Source of the DNA: Candidatus Saccharimonadota bacterium
Lineage (GTDB): Bacteria > Bacteroidota > Bacteroidia > Flavobacteriales > Blattabacteriaceae
Assembly (NCBI RefSeq): GCF_964030875.1
Contig: NZ_OZ034981.1
Location: forward strand, 30,001 to 62,000
Length of the DNA stretch: 32,000 nt
Direction of reading: 5' to 3'
Shown here: in pieces, positions 15,934-26,153 of the stretch
How positions within the stretch are numbered: the stretch's first letter is position 1
Layout: each line of letters opens with the position of its first letter
The notes under the pieces: generated by a model
The model's input: only the letters and a program-made list of their open reading frames with translations
Database searches by the model: none
Told to the model about the DNA's origin: nothing
Translations under genes and position numbers: made by a program

Positions 15934-17862
15934 TTATTTATGTTGGACATATCTTGTTAAACGTTCTTGTCCTATTTCTTCTATAAAACGACTAGGGACT
16001 CCATAAACGAGTTTTCCCCAACGATAACGAGTTGTCGCGTAACTTAAAATCACCTGTTTCTGAGCTCGGGTTAGAGCTACATAAAACAGACGTCTTTCTT
16101 CTTCAAGATTAGCGTAATTTTTGACGCTAAGCATAGATGGAAAAAGATTTTCTTCCATACCCACTATAAAAATGATAGGAAATTCTAATCCTTTTGAGAG
16201 ATGAACAGTCATAAGAGAAACCCTATCATCATCAGTTTTTTCTATATCGCTAGCTAAGGCAATATTTTTTAAAAAAACAGAGAGTGAGGTATAGGCCTGT
16301 ATACTGTTTATAAATTCTTGTACATTTTCATAGCGGGAAAGACCTTCAGTAGGATTGTCTTTACATAAATCACTAAGTAAATCAGAAGTTTTAACCACTT
16401 CTTTAGCAGTAGCATACGCTCCTTCAGCTAATTTTATAGAACAATGTTTGATAATTACAAAAAACTCTTTAAGTTTGGCGGTTATTCTTTTATGAAGACA
16501 CATCTCTTTAGCATAAAAAGAGATATTATTTAATACTTCATACAGTGTTTTTCCATGTTTATCTGCAGTTACAAGAAGTTTATTAATAGTAGATGGTCCT
16601 ATTCCACGATGCGGATAGTTGATAATCCTAAGAAGAGCTTCCTCATCGTTTGGATTTACCAAAATCCGGAGATAAGCAAGTAAATCTTTAATTTCTTTTC
16701 TTTGATAAAAAGAAATACCTCCATAGATTTTATAAGGAATCTTCTTTTTGTTAAGAGACTCTTCCAGGGCTCTTGACTGAGCATTGGTACGGTAAAGAAT
16801 AGCGAAATCCTTGTTCTGCAATTTATATTGCAATTTTATTTCAAAAAGGGTATTTGCTACAAAATCACCTTCCTCTTTATCAGAAATAGCACCATAAAAT
16901 TTAATTTTTTCTCCTTTTTCGTTATTAGTCCAATTTTTTTTATACATCTGTTCCTTGTTACAAGCAATGACATTATTAGCTGCCTGTACAATATGTACAG
17001 TAGATCTATAATTCTGTTCTAATCGAAAAATTTTAGCATAGGGATAATCCAACTGGAAATTTTGTATATTTTTAATATTTGCTCCACGAAAAGCATAAAT
17101 GCTTTGTGCATCATCCCCTACTACAAATAGGTTTTTATAACGAGAGGCTAAAGCTCTGATGATAAGATATTGAGAGTAATTTGTGTCTTGATACTCATCT
17201 ACAAGAATATATTTGAACCGTTCTTGGTACTTGGATAACACCTCTGGAAAACGGGTGAAGAGTTCATTGGTACGTAATAGAATATCATCAAAATCCATAG
17301 CACCGTATTTAAAACAACGATCTATATAGGCTTGGTAAATATATCCTAAACGGGTAGCGTTTTGTGAATGACGTGTAAAATTATCAAAGTAATTCTGTAC
17401 GGTAATCAAATTGTTTTTTAGACGAGAAATTCTAGAAAGAACTGTTTTAGGTTTAGAAAAACATTTTTCTAAATGTAGCTCTTCAATGATTTTTTTAATG
17501 ACGTGTTCAGCGTCTTTCTGATCATAAATAGTATAATCTGAAGGATATCCTAACCTATAAATTTCTGTATGGAGTATTCTAGCAAATACTGAATGAAAAG
17601 TCCCAATACACAGATTTTTAATGTTGATATTTCCTGTTAAATGAGCAATCCGTTGCTTCATTTCTCTAGCAGATTTATTGGTAAAAGTAAGTGCTAGTAT
17701 ATGCAACGGATCAATACCTTGATTCATCAAATGAGCAATTCTATAAGTAAGTACACGAGTTTTTCCTGAACCCGCTCCAGCAATCACTATGATAGGTCCT
17801 GTTACAGTAGTAACAATTTTTAATTGAATAGAATTCAGATCGGCTATATAATTAAATTTCAT
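15934..17862 (-). CDS. uvrD: ATP-dependent DNA helicase, UvrD/PcrA/Rep family (SF1)
   Basis: 642-aa ORF with the SF1 motifs AGAGSGKTRVLT, DEYQDTN, GDDAQSIYAFRGA, QNYRS, TVHLSKGLEFP and YVALTRAQ. It is shorter than typical family members. The symbol is a family-level guess. Confidence 0.85.
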   Translation of the reverse strand: MKFNYIADLNSIQLKIVTTVTGPIIVIAGAGSGKTRVLTYRIAHLMNQGIDPLHILALTFTNKSAREMKQRIAHLTGNINIKNLCIGTFHSVFARILHTEIYRLGYPSDYTIYDQKDAEHVIKKIIEELHLEKCFSKPKTVLSRISRLKNNLITVQNYFDNFTRHSQNATRLGYIYQAYIDRCFKYGAMDFDDILLRTNELFTRFPEVLSKYQERFKYILVDEYQDTNYSQYLIIRALASRYKNLFVVGDDAQSIYAFRGANIKNIQNFQLDYPYAKIFRLEQNYRSTVHIVQAANNVIACNKEQMYKKNWTNNEKGEKIKFYGAISDKEEGDFVANTLFEIKLQYKLQNKDFAILYRTNAQSRALEESLNKKKIPYKIYGGISFYQRKEIKDLLAYLRILVNPNDEEALLRIINYPHRGIGPSTINKLLVTADKHGKTLYEVLNNISFYAKEMCLHKRITAKLKEFFVIIKHCSIKLAEGAYATAKEVVKTSDLLSDLCKDNPTEGLSRYENVQEFINSIQAYTSLSVFLKNIALASDIEKTDDDRVSLMTVHLSKGLEFPIIFIVGMEENLFPSMLSVKNYANLEEERRLFYVALTRAQKQVILSYATTRYRWGKLVYGVPSRFIEEIGQERLTRYVQHK

Positions 17863-17941
17863 CTAAACATTTTAGGTACACGTAAACGAAGGTATTATTG
17901 TGCTATGCGTTCGGATGCTGAATTTAACGCTCTGCATTTTA

Positions 17942-17976
17942 TATTCCATCGATGTGGTATTCCATCGATGTGGTAT
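17942..17976. repeat. 16-bp tandem duplication (tattccatcgatgtgg x2.2)
   Basis: Copies at 17942-17957 and 17958-17973 are identical, and tat is repeated at 17974-17976. Each unit holds the palindrome catcgatg. Confidence 0.85.
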
Positions 17977-18005
17977 GAGGAGGACGAACAACAGCTAGAC
18001 CTCAT

Positions 18006-19052
18006 TCAGTTTTCTTTTCGAGGTCTCAGTCGTCGGATAGTATCCCCTACTTCCCAAAGTTCACTTTTTCTCAATTCCTCAAGTTCTTCTTGAAGTTGTT
18101 CTTTATAATTATTTTGTAGATTGGATGTTATAGTGCGCTCAGCCTCATTTCCTGAGGCTACTTCGTGGTAAAGTTCTTGAAAAACAGGCATAACAGCATC
18201 TTTAAATCTTTTCCACCAGTCTAAAGCTCCTCTTTGAGCAGTAGTAGAACAATTAGAATACATCCATTCCATACCATTTTCTCCAATAAGTGGCATCAAA
18301 CTTTCGGTAAATTCTTCAACCGTTTCGTTAAAGGACTCTGAAGGAGAATGACCATGGTCACGTAATATTTGATATTGAGCAGAAAAAATCCCCTGTATCG
18401 CTCCCATCAAAGTACCCCTTTCTCCGACCAGATCTGAAAACACCTCATTTCTAAAATTAGTTTCAAACATATAACCAGAACCTATAGCGATTCCTATCGC
18501 AAAAGTCTTTTCCTTAGCACGACCGCTATAGTCTTGATAAATAGCATAGCTAGAATTAATTCCTGTACCTTTTAGAAATAACCTTCTGACACTAGTCCCC
18601 GATCCTTTTGGGGCAACTAGAAAAACATCAATGTCTTTAGGAGGATAAATACCTGTTTTATTTTGAAAAGTAATACCAAATCCATGAGAAAAATATAGAG
18701 ATTTACCAGTAGTAAGATACTTATTAAGTAAAGGCCATACCGAAATTTGTCCTGCGTCAGACAACAAATTCATAATAATTGTACCACGACTAACGGCTTC
18801 TTCTATCTCAAATAGATTCTTTCCTTCTATCCAACCGTCTTTCAAAGCTTTTTCCCAGGAAACAGAATTTTTCCTCTGTCCTATAATTACAGTCAAACCA
18901 TTATCCCTAAGATTTAAAGCCTGTCCAGGACCTTGTATACCATATCCTATTACAGATAGGATTTCATCTTTCAATATTTTTTTTGCCCTTTCTAAAGAAA
19001 ATTCATTTCTCATCAGAACATTTTCTTCCATGGGGCCAAATTTAATTTTCAC
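18006..19052 (-). CDS. ilvC: Ketol-acid reductoisomerase (class I)
   Basis: 348-aa ORF with the NADP site VIGYGIQGPGQALNLRDNG and KARI C-terminal knot-domain motifs. Confidence 0.9.
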   Translation of the reverse strand: MKIKFGPMEENVLMRNEFSLERAKKILKDEILSVIGYGIQGPGQALNLRDNGLTVIIGQRKNSVSWEKALKDGWIEGKNLFEIEEAVSRGTIIMNLLSDAGQISVWPLLNKYLTTGKSLYFSHGFGITFQNKTGIYPPKDIDVFLVAPKGSGTSVRRLFLKGTGINSSYAIYQDYSGRAKEKTFAIGIAIGSGYMFETNFRNEVFSDLVGERGTLMGAIQGIFSAQYQILRDHGHSPSESFNETVEEFTESLMPLIGENGMEWMYSNCSTTAQRGALDWWKRFKDAVMPVFQELYHEVASGNEAERTITSNLQNNYKEQLQEELEELRKSELWEVGDTIRRLRPRKEN

Positions 19053-19081
19053 CTTTATTAAGTTTATATTTATATTTATTT

Positions 19082-19321
19082 TTAATAATAAAGTATTGAA
19101 ATAATTCCGAGGTGTTTTTCTATTTGTTTTGCTATTTTATCAATAGACACTTCAGTACATTTTACCTCTAAGGTATAACGCATTATATATTGTTTTTTTG
19201 CATCATAAATATTTAGATAAATCATCCTAAAATTACTCCGATTCAATAAAATAATAACACGGTTAATCAACCTTTCAATATTACTGGCTAGAATTGAAAT
19301 TTTAATACAAACGGATTTCAT
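19082..19321 (-). CDS. ilvN: Acetolactate synthase small (regulatory) subunit, minimal ACT-domain form
   Basis: 79-aa ORF between ilvB and ilvC with an ACT-like pattern (ISILASNIERLINRVIILLNRSNFRMIYLNI...MRYTLEV). It overlaps the ilvB 3' end by 20 nt. Confidence 0.65.
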   Translation of the reverse strand: MKSVCIKISILASNIERLINRVIILLNRSNFRMIYLNIYDAKKQYIMRYTLEVKCTEVSIDKIAKQIEKHLGIISILYY

Positions 19322-20993
19322 CTACGGATGCTCCAATCGTTATCATGGGGAAAACATTATATTCTCTTTCTACGATTATTTCCAGTAGATAGGCTGTATT
19401 ACATTCAAACATTTCTTTTACAGCTTCTGGGATTTTTTTTCTTTTTTCTATTTTCTTCCCACTAATATTATAAGCTTGAGCTAAACGTATAAAATCAGGA
19501 TTGAGTAATGCGCTGAAAGCATAACGTCTTTTAAAAAAAAGCTCTTGCCATTGTCTCACCATACCTAGAAATCCGTTATTGAGTAACACAATTTTTATTG
19601 GAAGATTATTTTTAAGAAGAATTCCTAATTCTTGAAAGGTCATTTGAAAACCTCCATCTCCTATTACGCATATAATTTGACGATATATCGCTCCTAATTG
19701 CGATCCTATAGCTGCTGGCAAAGAAAAACCCATTGTCCCTAATCCTCCTGAGGTAATTTGGCTTTTACTATAGGAAAAATAAAAATATCGTGAAGCTATC
19801 ATCTGATGTTGTCCGACATCGGTTACCATGACAGCATTTTGATTTTTATATTGATTAATCCACTGTATTATTTCTCCCATAGTCAAGCTTTCTTTTTTGG
19901 GATACAAATCTTTTTGGACAATTTTTTCCTCTTGCTTTTGTATAGTTATGAAATACGATATCCATTCTTTACGAATATTTTCCTGAACTCTTTCAGTCAA
20001 TAAAGGTAAAGTCTTTTTGCAATCTCCTAATACAGGTACAACACATGGAATGTTTTTTCCAATTTCACAAGCTTCTATTTCCAAATGAATTATTTTAGCT
20101 TGTATAGCATATATGTTTATATTTCCAGTGACTCTATCGTCGAAACGCATTCCTATTGCGATAAGAATATCACATTGATTAGTTAATACATTGGGGGCAT
20201 AATGACCATGCATACCAATCATTCCGACAAAAAGAGGATGATTATTATCTATTATACCCAGTCCCAAAAGAGTACTTGCAATAGGTATATTTGCTTTTTC
20301 TGAGAGAGCTTTTAACTCTTCTTCTGCTTCAGCTAGAATTACTCCCTGTCCGACTAAAATCAATGGTCTTTTTGCTGCATTAATTAAAATGGCAGCTTCT
20401 TCTATTTTATTGACCTCCACCTTAGGTAAGGAACGAAAATACGATACTTGATGAAAAAGGATTTCTTCAAAAATAGCTTCTTGAAGCTGAGCGTCTTTCG
20501 TGATATCTATCAGGACTGGACCAGGACGTCCACTACGAGCGATGTCAAATGATTTCCGTATTGTTTTACAAATATCCTGTGCTTTAGTAATTTGCACATT
20601 CCACTTAGTTACAGGGAATGAAAGATCTAAAATATTGGTTTCCTGAAAAGCGTCTGTACCCAAAAGATTATATGACACTTGTCCAGTAATACAAATTATT
20701 GGAGTGCTATCTATAAGTGCATCAGCTAAACCGGTAATTAGATTAGTAGCTCCTGGACCTGAGGTAGATATACATACTCCAACCTTTCCACTAACCCTAG
20801 CATATCCCTGAGCAGCATGTATAGCTCCTTGTTCATGACGCGTCAGTATATGACATATATTATCTGCATGTCGATCTAAAGAATCATAAACAGGCATAAT
20901 AGCCCCTCCGGGATAACCAAAGAGATACTCTACACGTTCTATTAAAAGATTTTTGACTAAAATATCACATCCTTTATCTTTTTTTAGATTCAT
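19302..20993 (-). CDS. ilvB: Acetolactate synthase large subunit (ThDP-dependent)
   Basis: ThDP enzyme motifs are present (GYPGGAIMPVYD, GPGATNL, GDGGFQM...NN). The preferred start is the ATG at 20993 (MNLKKDKGCDILV...), which forms an ATGA overlap with the ilvD stop. The track ORF extends to 21020. Confidence 0.9.
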   Translation of the reverse strand: MNLKKDKGCDILVKNLLIERVEYLFGYPGGAIMPVYDSLDRHADNICHILTRHEQGAIHAAQGYARVSGKVGVCISTSGPGATNLITGLADALIDSTPIICITGQVSYNLLGTDAFQETNILDLSFPVTKWNVQITKAQDICKTIRKSFDIARSGRPGPVLIDITKDAQLQEAIFEEILFHQVSYFRSLPKVEVNKIEEAAILINAAKRPLILVGQGVILAEAEEELKALSEKANIPIASTLLGLGIIDNNHPLFVGMIGMHGHYAPNVLTNQCDILIAIGMRFDDRVTGNINIYAIQAKIIHLEIEACEIGKNIPCVVPVLGDCKKTLPLLTERVQENIRKEWISYFITIQKQEEKIVQKDLYPKKESLTMGEIIQWINQYKNQNAVMVTDVGQHQMIASRYFYFSYSKSQITSGGLGTMGFSLPAAIGSQLGAIYRQIICVIGDGGFQMTFQELGILLKNNLPIKIVLLNNGFLGMVRQWQELFFKRRYAFSALLNPDFIRLAQAYNISGKKIEKRKKIPEAVKEMFECNTAYLLEIIVEREYNVFPMITIGASVDEIRLY

Positions 20994-22681
20994 GTTTCTA
21001 TGAATTGGTCTGTAACGCACCCTTCGGAAGCGTAAGAAACTGTTTTTGAATATTTATAGAGATATCCCATATTTACTTTAAAAGTCGGAGCTCTCCATTT
21101 TTTTCTCCGTATATACCATTCATTTTCATTTATTTCAAGGTTAATAGTATTATTAACTGCATTTATAGTAACAATATCTCCATCATTTATTAATGCGATA
21201 GGACCACCTTCTTGTGCTTCAGGAGTGATATGACCTACAACAAAACCGTGTGATCCTCCAGAAAATCTACCATCAGTGATAAGAGCTACTTCTTTTCCCA
21301 AACCTGCTCCAGTTATATAAGCCGTAGGTTTTAGCATTTCAGGCATCCCTGGTCCTCCTTTAGGACCTACATATCGAATAACTATGACTTCTCCTTTATT
21401 TATTTTACAAAGTAAAATAGAACGATTGAAAGCATCCTCTGAATTAAACACTCTAGCACGTCCTGAAAATTTCATTTTTTCTTGTCCAGTAATCTTTGCC
21501 ACAGATCCTCCTGGAGCAATATTTCCATAAAGAATGCGAAAATGTCCTTCTTTTTTAATGGGATGATTTATAGAATAAATAACTTTCTGATCAAAAGACA
21601 GCGAGGGGACATCTTTTAAATTTTCTTTTAAAGTGTCTCCAGTAACTGTAAGACAGTCTCCTTCAAGGAGACCATTTTCCAACAAATATTTCATAATCAC
21701 TGGAATTCCACCTATAGCATGTATATCTTCCATTAAAAATTTCCCACTAGGTTTTAGATTTCCAATGAGAGGAACACTATCGTTAATTTGTTGAAAATCT
21801 GTAAGTGTAAGGTCAATTTCTGCTGTTTTAGCAATTGCTAATAAATGCAGTATTAGATTAGTGGACCCTCCGATAGCAGTAGTTAGACTTATCGCATTTT
21901 TTAAAGAGTTTTTAGTAATAATCTTTTTAGGTTTAATATCTTTCTGCAAAAGTTTTTGAATCACTCCCCCCATCTTAAAACACTCCCATTCTTTATCTGC
22001 ACCAATAGCAGGTGTAGAAGAAGAATAAGGTAAGGTCATTCCCATTGCTTCAAGAGCAGCTGCCATAGTATTAGCTGTATACATCCCACCGCAAGCACCA
22101 GCACCAGGACAAGAATTTTTTATAATCTTTTTATATTCTTCTTCGGATATTTTTTTAGTTTTCCTTTTACCTAAAGCTTCAAAAGATGATACTACGTCTA
22201 GTTTTTCACCTTTATAATAACCTGAAGCAATACTACCACCATATACGATAACTGAAGGACGATTAATTCTAATGAGAGCAATTAGAACACCAGGCATATT
22301 TTTATCGCAACCAGGTATGGCTATTATACCATCATAATGCTGAGAGTTTGCTACTGTTTCTATACTATCAGCAATAATTTCTCGAGAAGGTAAAGAATAT
22401 CTCATCCCTGGAGTTCCCATAGATATACCATCACTTACGCCTATAGTGTTAAATCGTAAACCGACTAACTCTTTTTCGTGAACAGATTTTTTTATACTCC
22501 TTCCTAAACGATTCAAATGCATATTGCAAGGATTTCCCTCGTACCAGTTGCTTACAATCCCTACCTGCGCTTTTTTAAAATATTCTTCTGGAAGTCCTGT
22601 AGCATACAGCATAGCCTTAGCTGCTGGAAGATTTGTATTTTGCGTGAGTTGTGCACTCAAATAGTTAATCTTTTTATTCAT
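20990..22681 (-). CDS. ilvD: Dihydroxy-acid dehydratase
   Basis: 563-aa ORF with IlvD/Edd motifs (CDKNMPG, SLITDGRFSG-like ALITDGRFSGGSHG, GGPIAL). Confidence 0.95.
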   Translation of the reverse strand: MNKKINYLSAQLTQNTNLPAAKAMLYATGLPEEYFKKAQVGIVSNWYEGNPCNMHLNRLGRSIKKSVHEKELVGLRFNTIGVSDGISMGTPGMRYSLPSREIIADSIETVANSQHYDGIIAIPGCDKNMPGVLIALIRINRPSVIVYGGSIASGYYKGEKLDVVSSFEALGKRKTKKISEEEYKKIIKNSCPGAGACGGMYTANTMAAALEAMGMTLPYSSSTPAIGADKEWECFKMGGVIQKLLQKDIKPKKIITKNSLKNAISLTTAIGGSTNLILHLLAIAKTAEIDLTLTDFQQINDSVPLIGNLKPSGKFLMEDIHAIGGIPVIMKYLLENGLLEGDCLTVTGDTLKENLKDVPSLSFDQKVIYSINHPIKKEGHFRILYGNIAPGGSVAKITGQEKMKFSGRARVFNSEDAFNRSILLCKINKGEVIVIRYVGPKGGPGMPEMLKPTAYITGAGLGKEVALITDGRFSGGSHGFVVGHITPEAQEGGPIALINDGDIVTINAVNNTINLEINENEWYIRRKKWRAPTFKVNMGYLYKYSKTVSYASEGCVTDQFIET

Positions 22682-22841
22682 GATTTACAAAGTAGATTAT
22701 GGATTCCCTATCCAGAGATAACTCCATCTGGTGGATAATATCACAAACGTATTCAGCAGAAAGTAGGCTCGATATAAATATGATTTTATATATTTATTTA
22801 GGAATGAGTACCATTATTAAGTAGACTAAAAAAAATCGCCT

Positions 22842-24338
22842 ATGTCTTTATCAGAACAAGAAATTATACGTCGAAATAAATTGAAAAAAATAAGTGAATT
22901 AGGTATAGAAAACTATCCAGCAGCTACTTATAATACAAGTGCTTCTATAAAAGAACTTATAGAAAAGTATGAAAAAAATAAACCAGCTAGTTTAGCCGGA
23001 CGTATTATGCGTATGCGGATCATGGGAAAATCGTCTTTCGTTGAATTAAAAGACTATAGCGGAATAATACAACTTTATGTAAAGCGTTCCGAGATTTCGG
23101 AGAATAAAGAAAAAACTTTTTATCAGATTTTTTTTAAAAAATTGTTAGATGTAGGAGATATTATTGGGGTAAAAGGATTCATGTTTAAGACTAGAACTGG
23201 AGAGATTACTCTTCATGTAAAAGAACTTGTATTGCTCAGTAAGTCGCTACGACCCCTTCCTCATGTAAAAACCGATCATAATGGGAATATCTATGATGCC
23301 TTTTCTACCCAGGAACAACGATACCGCATGCGGTACATAGATCTTATTGTAAATGACAAAATAAAAAAAATTTTTCTACAACGAACTCGTATCATACAAT
23401 ATATCCGAAACTTTCTCAATGAATATGGTTATTTAGAAGTGGAAACTCCTATACTTCAGCCAATTGCCGGAGGAGCCCATGCCTTACCGTTTGTTACTTA
23501 TCACAATACTCTAAATATTCCTTTATATCTACGGATTTCTAATGAACTTTATCTCAAAAGACTCATTGTAGGTGGATTTAATGGAGTATATGAATTTTCT
23601 AGAGATTTTCGCAACGAGGGGATGGACAGAACTCATAATCCTGAATTCGTTATTTTAGAGTTATACGTTGCCTATAAAGATTATTACTGGATGATGAATT
23701 TCACTGAAATTCTTCTGGAAAAACTTTGTTTCAACATTCATGGAAGTACAGAAATTAACATAGAAGGCCAGACAATCTCTTTTAAAAAATCCTTTCCTAG
23801 GATACCAATTTATGAAGCTATTCAAATTCATACAGGATTTGACATTAGTCATCTGAATGAGAAAGAATTACAAATGGTTTGTAAAAAATTGGAGATAGAA
23901 GTTGACAAAACGATGGGAAAAGGTAAACTTATTGATGAAATTTTTAGTAAAAAATGTGAAAAACACTACATACAACCTACCTTTATTACAGATTATCCTG
24001 TAGAGATGAGTCCCTTGACTAAAAAACATCGGGAGAAAAAAGGACTCACTGAACGGTATGAACTATTTATAAATAAAAAAGAGATAGCTAATGCTTATTC
24101 AGAACTAAATGACCCTATCGATCAATTAGAACGTTTTAAAGAACAAATCGACGAAAAAGGAAATGATGAATCTATGCGTATAGATTATGATTTTATTCGA
24201 TCCCTTGAATTTGGCATGCCACCGACTTCGGGTATTGGTATAGGTATAGATCGATTGGTCATGTTACTTACTAAACAAAATTCAATACAAGAAGTTTTGT
24301 TATTTCCACAAATGCGGACGGATAAAAATCATTCATGA
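22842..24338 (+). CDS. lysS: Lysine--tRNA ligase (class II)
   Basis: 498-aa ORF with an OB anticodon-binding N-domain and class II motifs (FRNEGMDRTHNPEF, GIGIGIDRLVMLLT). Confidence 0.95.
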   Translation: MSLSEQEIIRRNKLKKISELGIENYPAATYNTSASIKELIEKYEKNKPASLAGRIMRMRIMGKSSFVELKDYSGIIQLYVKRSEISENKEKTFYQIFFKKLLDVGDIIGVKGFMFKTRTGEITLHVKELVLLSKSLRPLPHVKTDHNGNIYDAFSTQEQRYRMRYIDLIVNDKIKKIFLQRTRIIQYIRNFLNEYGYLEVETPILQPIAGGAHALPFVTYHNTLNIPLYLRISNELYLKRLIVGGFNGVYEFSRDFRNEGMDRTHNPEFVILELYVAYKDYYWMMNFTEILLEKLCFNIHGSTEINIEGQTISFKKSFPRIPIYEAIQIHTGFDISHLNEKELQMVCKKLEIEVDKTMGKGKLIDEIFSKKCEKHYIQPTFITDYPVEMSPLTKKHREKKGLTERYELFINKKEIANAYSELNDPIDQLERFKEQIDEKGNDESMRIDYDFIRSLEFGMPPTSGIGIGIDRLVMLLTKQNSIQEVLLFPQMRTDKNHS

Positions 24339-25667
24339 AACTGTAAGTAACCTATATTCGGCTTCGTTGGCTTTTTCAAAATGAAAAGAATTTACTACAG
24401 ACTTCATAAAGTGATGAATATTTTCATTACATAAATTTACTCCGTGGGTTGGGACTTCTCTTTTACAGGGTTGAAAATTTCCATTCTGTATCTCACACCC
24501 TACTTTTTTATAAGCATCTCGGAAAGACATTCCTTCCTGCACATATTTATTTACCGATTCTACGCTAAAAAGATAATGATATTTACTATAATTTAGTATA
24601 TTGTTATTAATAATCATCTGTTCAAACAGATATTTATAGATATGAAGACAACTTTTAAAATCATCGAATATTGGTAGTAATATTTCTTTTATTCTTTGAA
24701 AATCACGGTGATATCCAGAAGGGAAATTCGCTATAATCAGAGCTATTTCGTTAGGCAACGAATTTATTTTATTACATAGAGAACGAATAAGTTCAAAAAC
24801 ATCTATATTTTTCTTATGCGGCATGATGCTGGACCCGGTAGTAATATGATCAGGAAAGGTAATAAAGCCAAAATTTGGGCTAGTGTATAAGCAAATATCC
24901 TGTGATAGTTTGGCCAAAGTATACGAAATAGATGCTAGGGCATCTGCCACTACACGTTCACTTTTTCCACGTCCCATTTGGGCATATATTACGTTATAAT
25001 TAAAATTTTCAAATCCTAATATATGTGTAGTAAATTCTCTATCTAGGGGAAAGGAAGATCCATAGCCAGCTGCTGAACCTAAGGGATTTTTATTCGTTAT
25101 GCGATAGGCAGCTTGTAGCAATAGTAAATCGTCTGTAAAACTTTCAGCATACGAAGAAAACCAAAGTCCGAAAGAAGAAGGCATAGCTATATGATCATGT
25201 GTATATCCTGGCATCAATATATCCTTGTAATTCTCACTAAGAGTGATAAGTGTCTTAAAGAGACTATATACATTTTCAACCAAATATTGAATTTTTTGTC
25301 TGATGAAGAGTTTTATATCTAACAATATTTGATCATTACGTGATCGTCCGCTATGTATTTTTTTCCCAATTTCTCCAAGTCGGAGTGTTAAAATAATCTC
25401 TACTTGAGAATGTACATCTTCCACATAGTCTGAAATAGAAAAATTTCCCTCTACAATTTCTAAATAAATTTTTTTTAGCTCTTGCATCAAAACTTTAAAT
25501 TCATTTACTTTTAATAGTTCTATGCTAGAAAGCATAGATATATGTGCCATTGTACTTATAATATCATAAGGAGCTAGTAACAAATCCAATTTTCTCTCTT
25601 TACCAAAAGTGAATTTTTCAATTTCTTTACTGAGGTTATTTTTTTTCTTCCAAAGCTTCACCATCAT
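24333..25667 (-). CDS. argH: Argininosuccinate lyase
   Basis: 444-aa ORF with fumarase/ASL superfamily signatures (SGRSRNDQ, GSSIMPHKKN). Confidence 0.9.
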   Translation of the reverse strand: MMVKLWKKKNNLSKEIEKFTFGKERKLDLLLAPYDIISTMAHISMLSSIELLKVNEFKVLMQELKKIYLEIVEGNFSISDYVEDVHSQVEIILTLRLGEIGKKIHSGRSRNDQILLDIKLFIRQKIQYLVENVYSLFKTLITLSENYKDILMPGYTHDHIAMPSSFGLWFSSYAESFTDDLLLLQAAYRITNKNPLGSAAGYGSSFPLDREFTTHILGFENFNYNVIYAQMGRGKSERVVADALASISYTLAKLSQDICLYTSPNFGFITFPDHITTGSSIMPHKKNIDVFELIRSLCNKINSLPNEIALIIANFPSGYHRDFQRIKEILLPIFDDFKSCLHIYKYLFEQMIINNNILNYSKYHYLFSVESVNKYVQEGMSFRDAYKKVGCEIQNGNFQPCKREVPTHGVNLCNENIHHFMKSVVNSFHFEKANEAEYRLLTVS

Positions 25668-25679
25668 GATAATTAATAT

Positions 25680-26027
25680 TTAGGAGTGCAAGAATTTTTT
25701 TTTCTCTAGTAGTTCATCTTTACTTTCTATAGATTCTTCATCCAGAACGCAACAATCCACTGGACATACAGAAGCACATCTGGGCTCATCGTAAAAACCT
25801 ACACATTCAGTACATTTATCTGCAACAATAAAATAAATATCATTTTTTTTAGGTGCTTGAGGTTTACATGCTTCTGTGGTAACACCCGATTTAAGTGGAA
25901 TTACACCTTTCAAATTTGTACCATCTGAAAAACGCCACTTAAACGATCCTTCGTAAATAGCATTATTGGGGCATTCAGGTTCGCATGCTCCACAGTTAAT
26001 GCATTCCTCAGTAATTTTGATAGCCAT
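25680..26027 (-). CDS. Ferredoxin, 2x[4Fe-4S] type
   Basis: 115-aa ORF with cysteine clusters CINCGACEPECP and CTECVGF...CASVCP. Confidence 0.85.
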   Translation of the reverse strand: MAIKITEECINCGACEPECPNNAIYEGSFKWRFSDGTNLKGVIPLKSGVTTEACKPQAPKKNDIYFIVADKCTECVGFYDEPRCASVCPVDCCVLDEESIESKDELLEKKKFLHS

Positions 26028-26153
26028 ATGATTTTATATTTGTTAGAGCTTCGCTTAGAGAATAATAGCTAATCTAATGAAGATTTTTCTGTAATAAATC
26101 TTACTTTAATTGAAAAAGAGTTATAAATTAACAAAAATTAAAAAAGATAAAAG

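Noticed and set aside
17824-18093. 89-aa ORF spanning the helicase-ilvC spacer
   Set aside because: It starts antisense inside the helicase gene and ends antisense inside ilvC. The middle merely reads through the 16-bp duplication, and it has no protein-like features.
20994-21020. Longer ilvB start at 21020 (MRYRPIHRN...)
   Set aside because: The extra 9 codons lie inside ilvD and have no counterpart in AHAS large subunits. The ATG at 20993 gives the conserved N-terminus and an ATGA stop-start overlap with ilvD.
26035-26042. Bacteroidota -7 promoter motifs TAnnTTTG (tatatttg at 26035-26042 upstream of rpsU; taaatttg at 7293-7300 upstream of dapA)
   Set aside because: The motifs are present, but the expected TTTG -33 element is either absent (dapA) or at a short 15-nt spacing (rpsU). 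Such octamers are also common in AT-rich sequence, so this is too weak to annotate as promoters.
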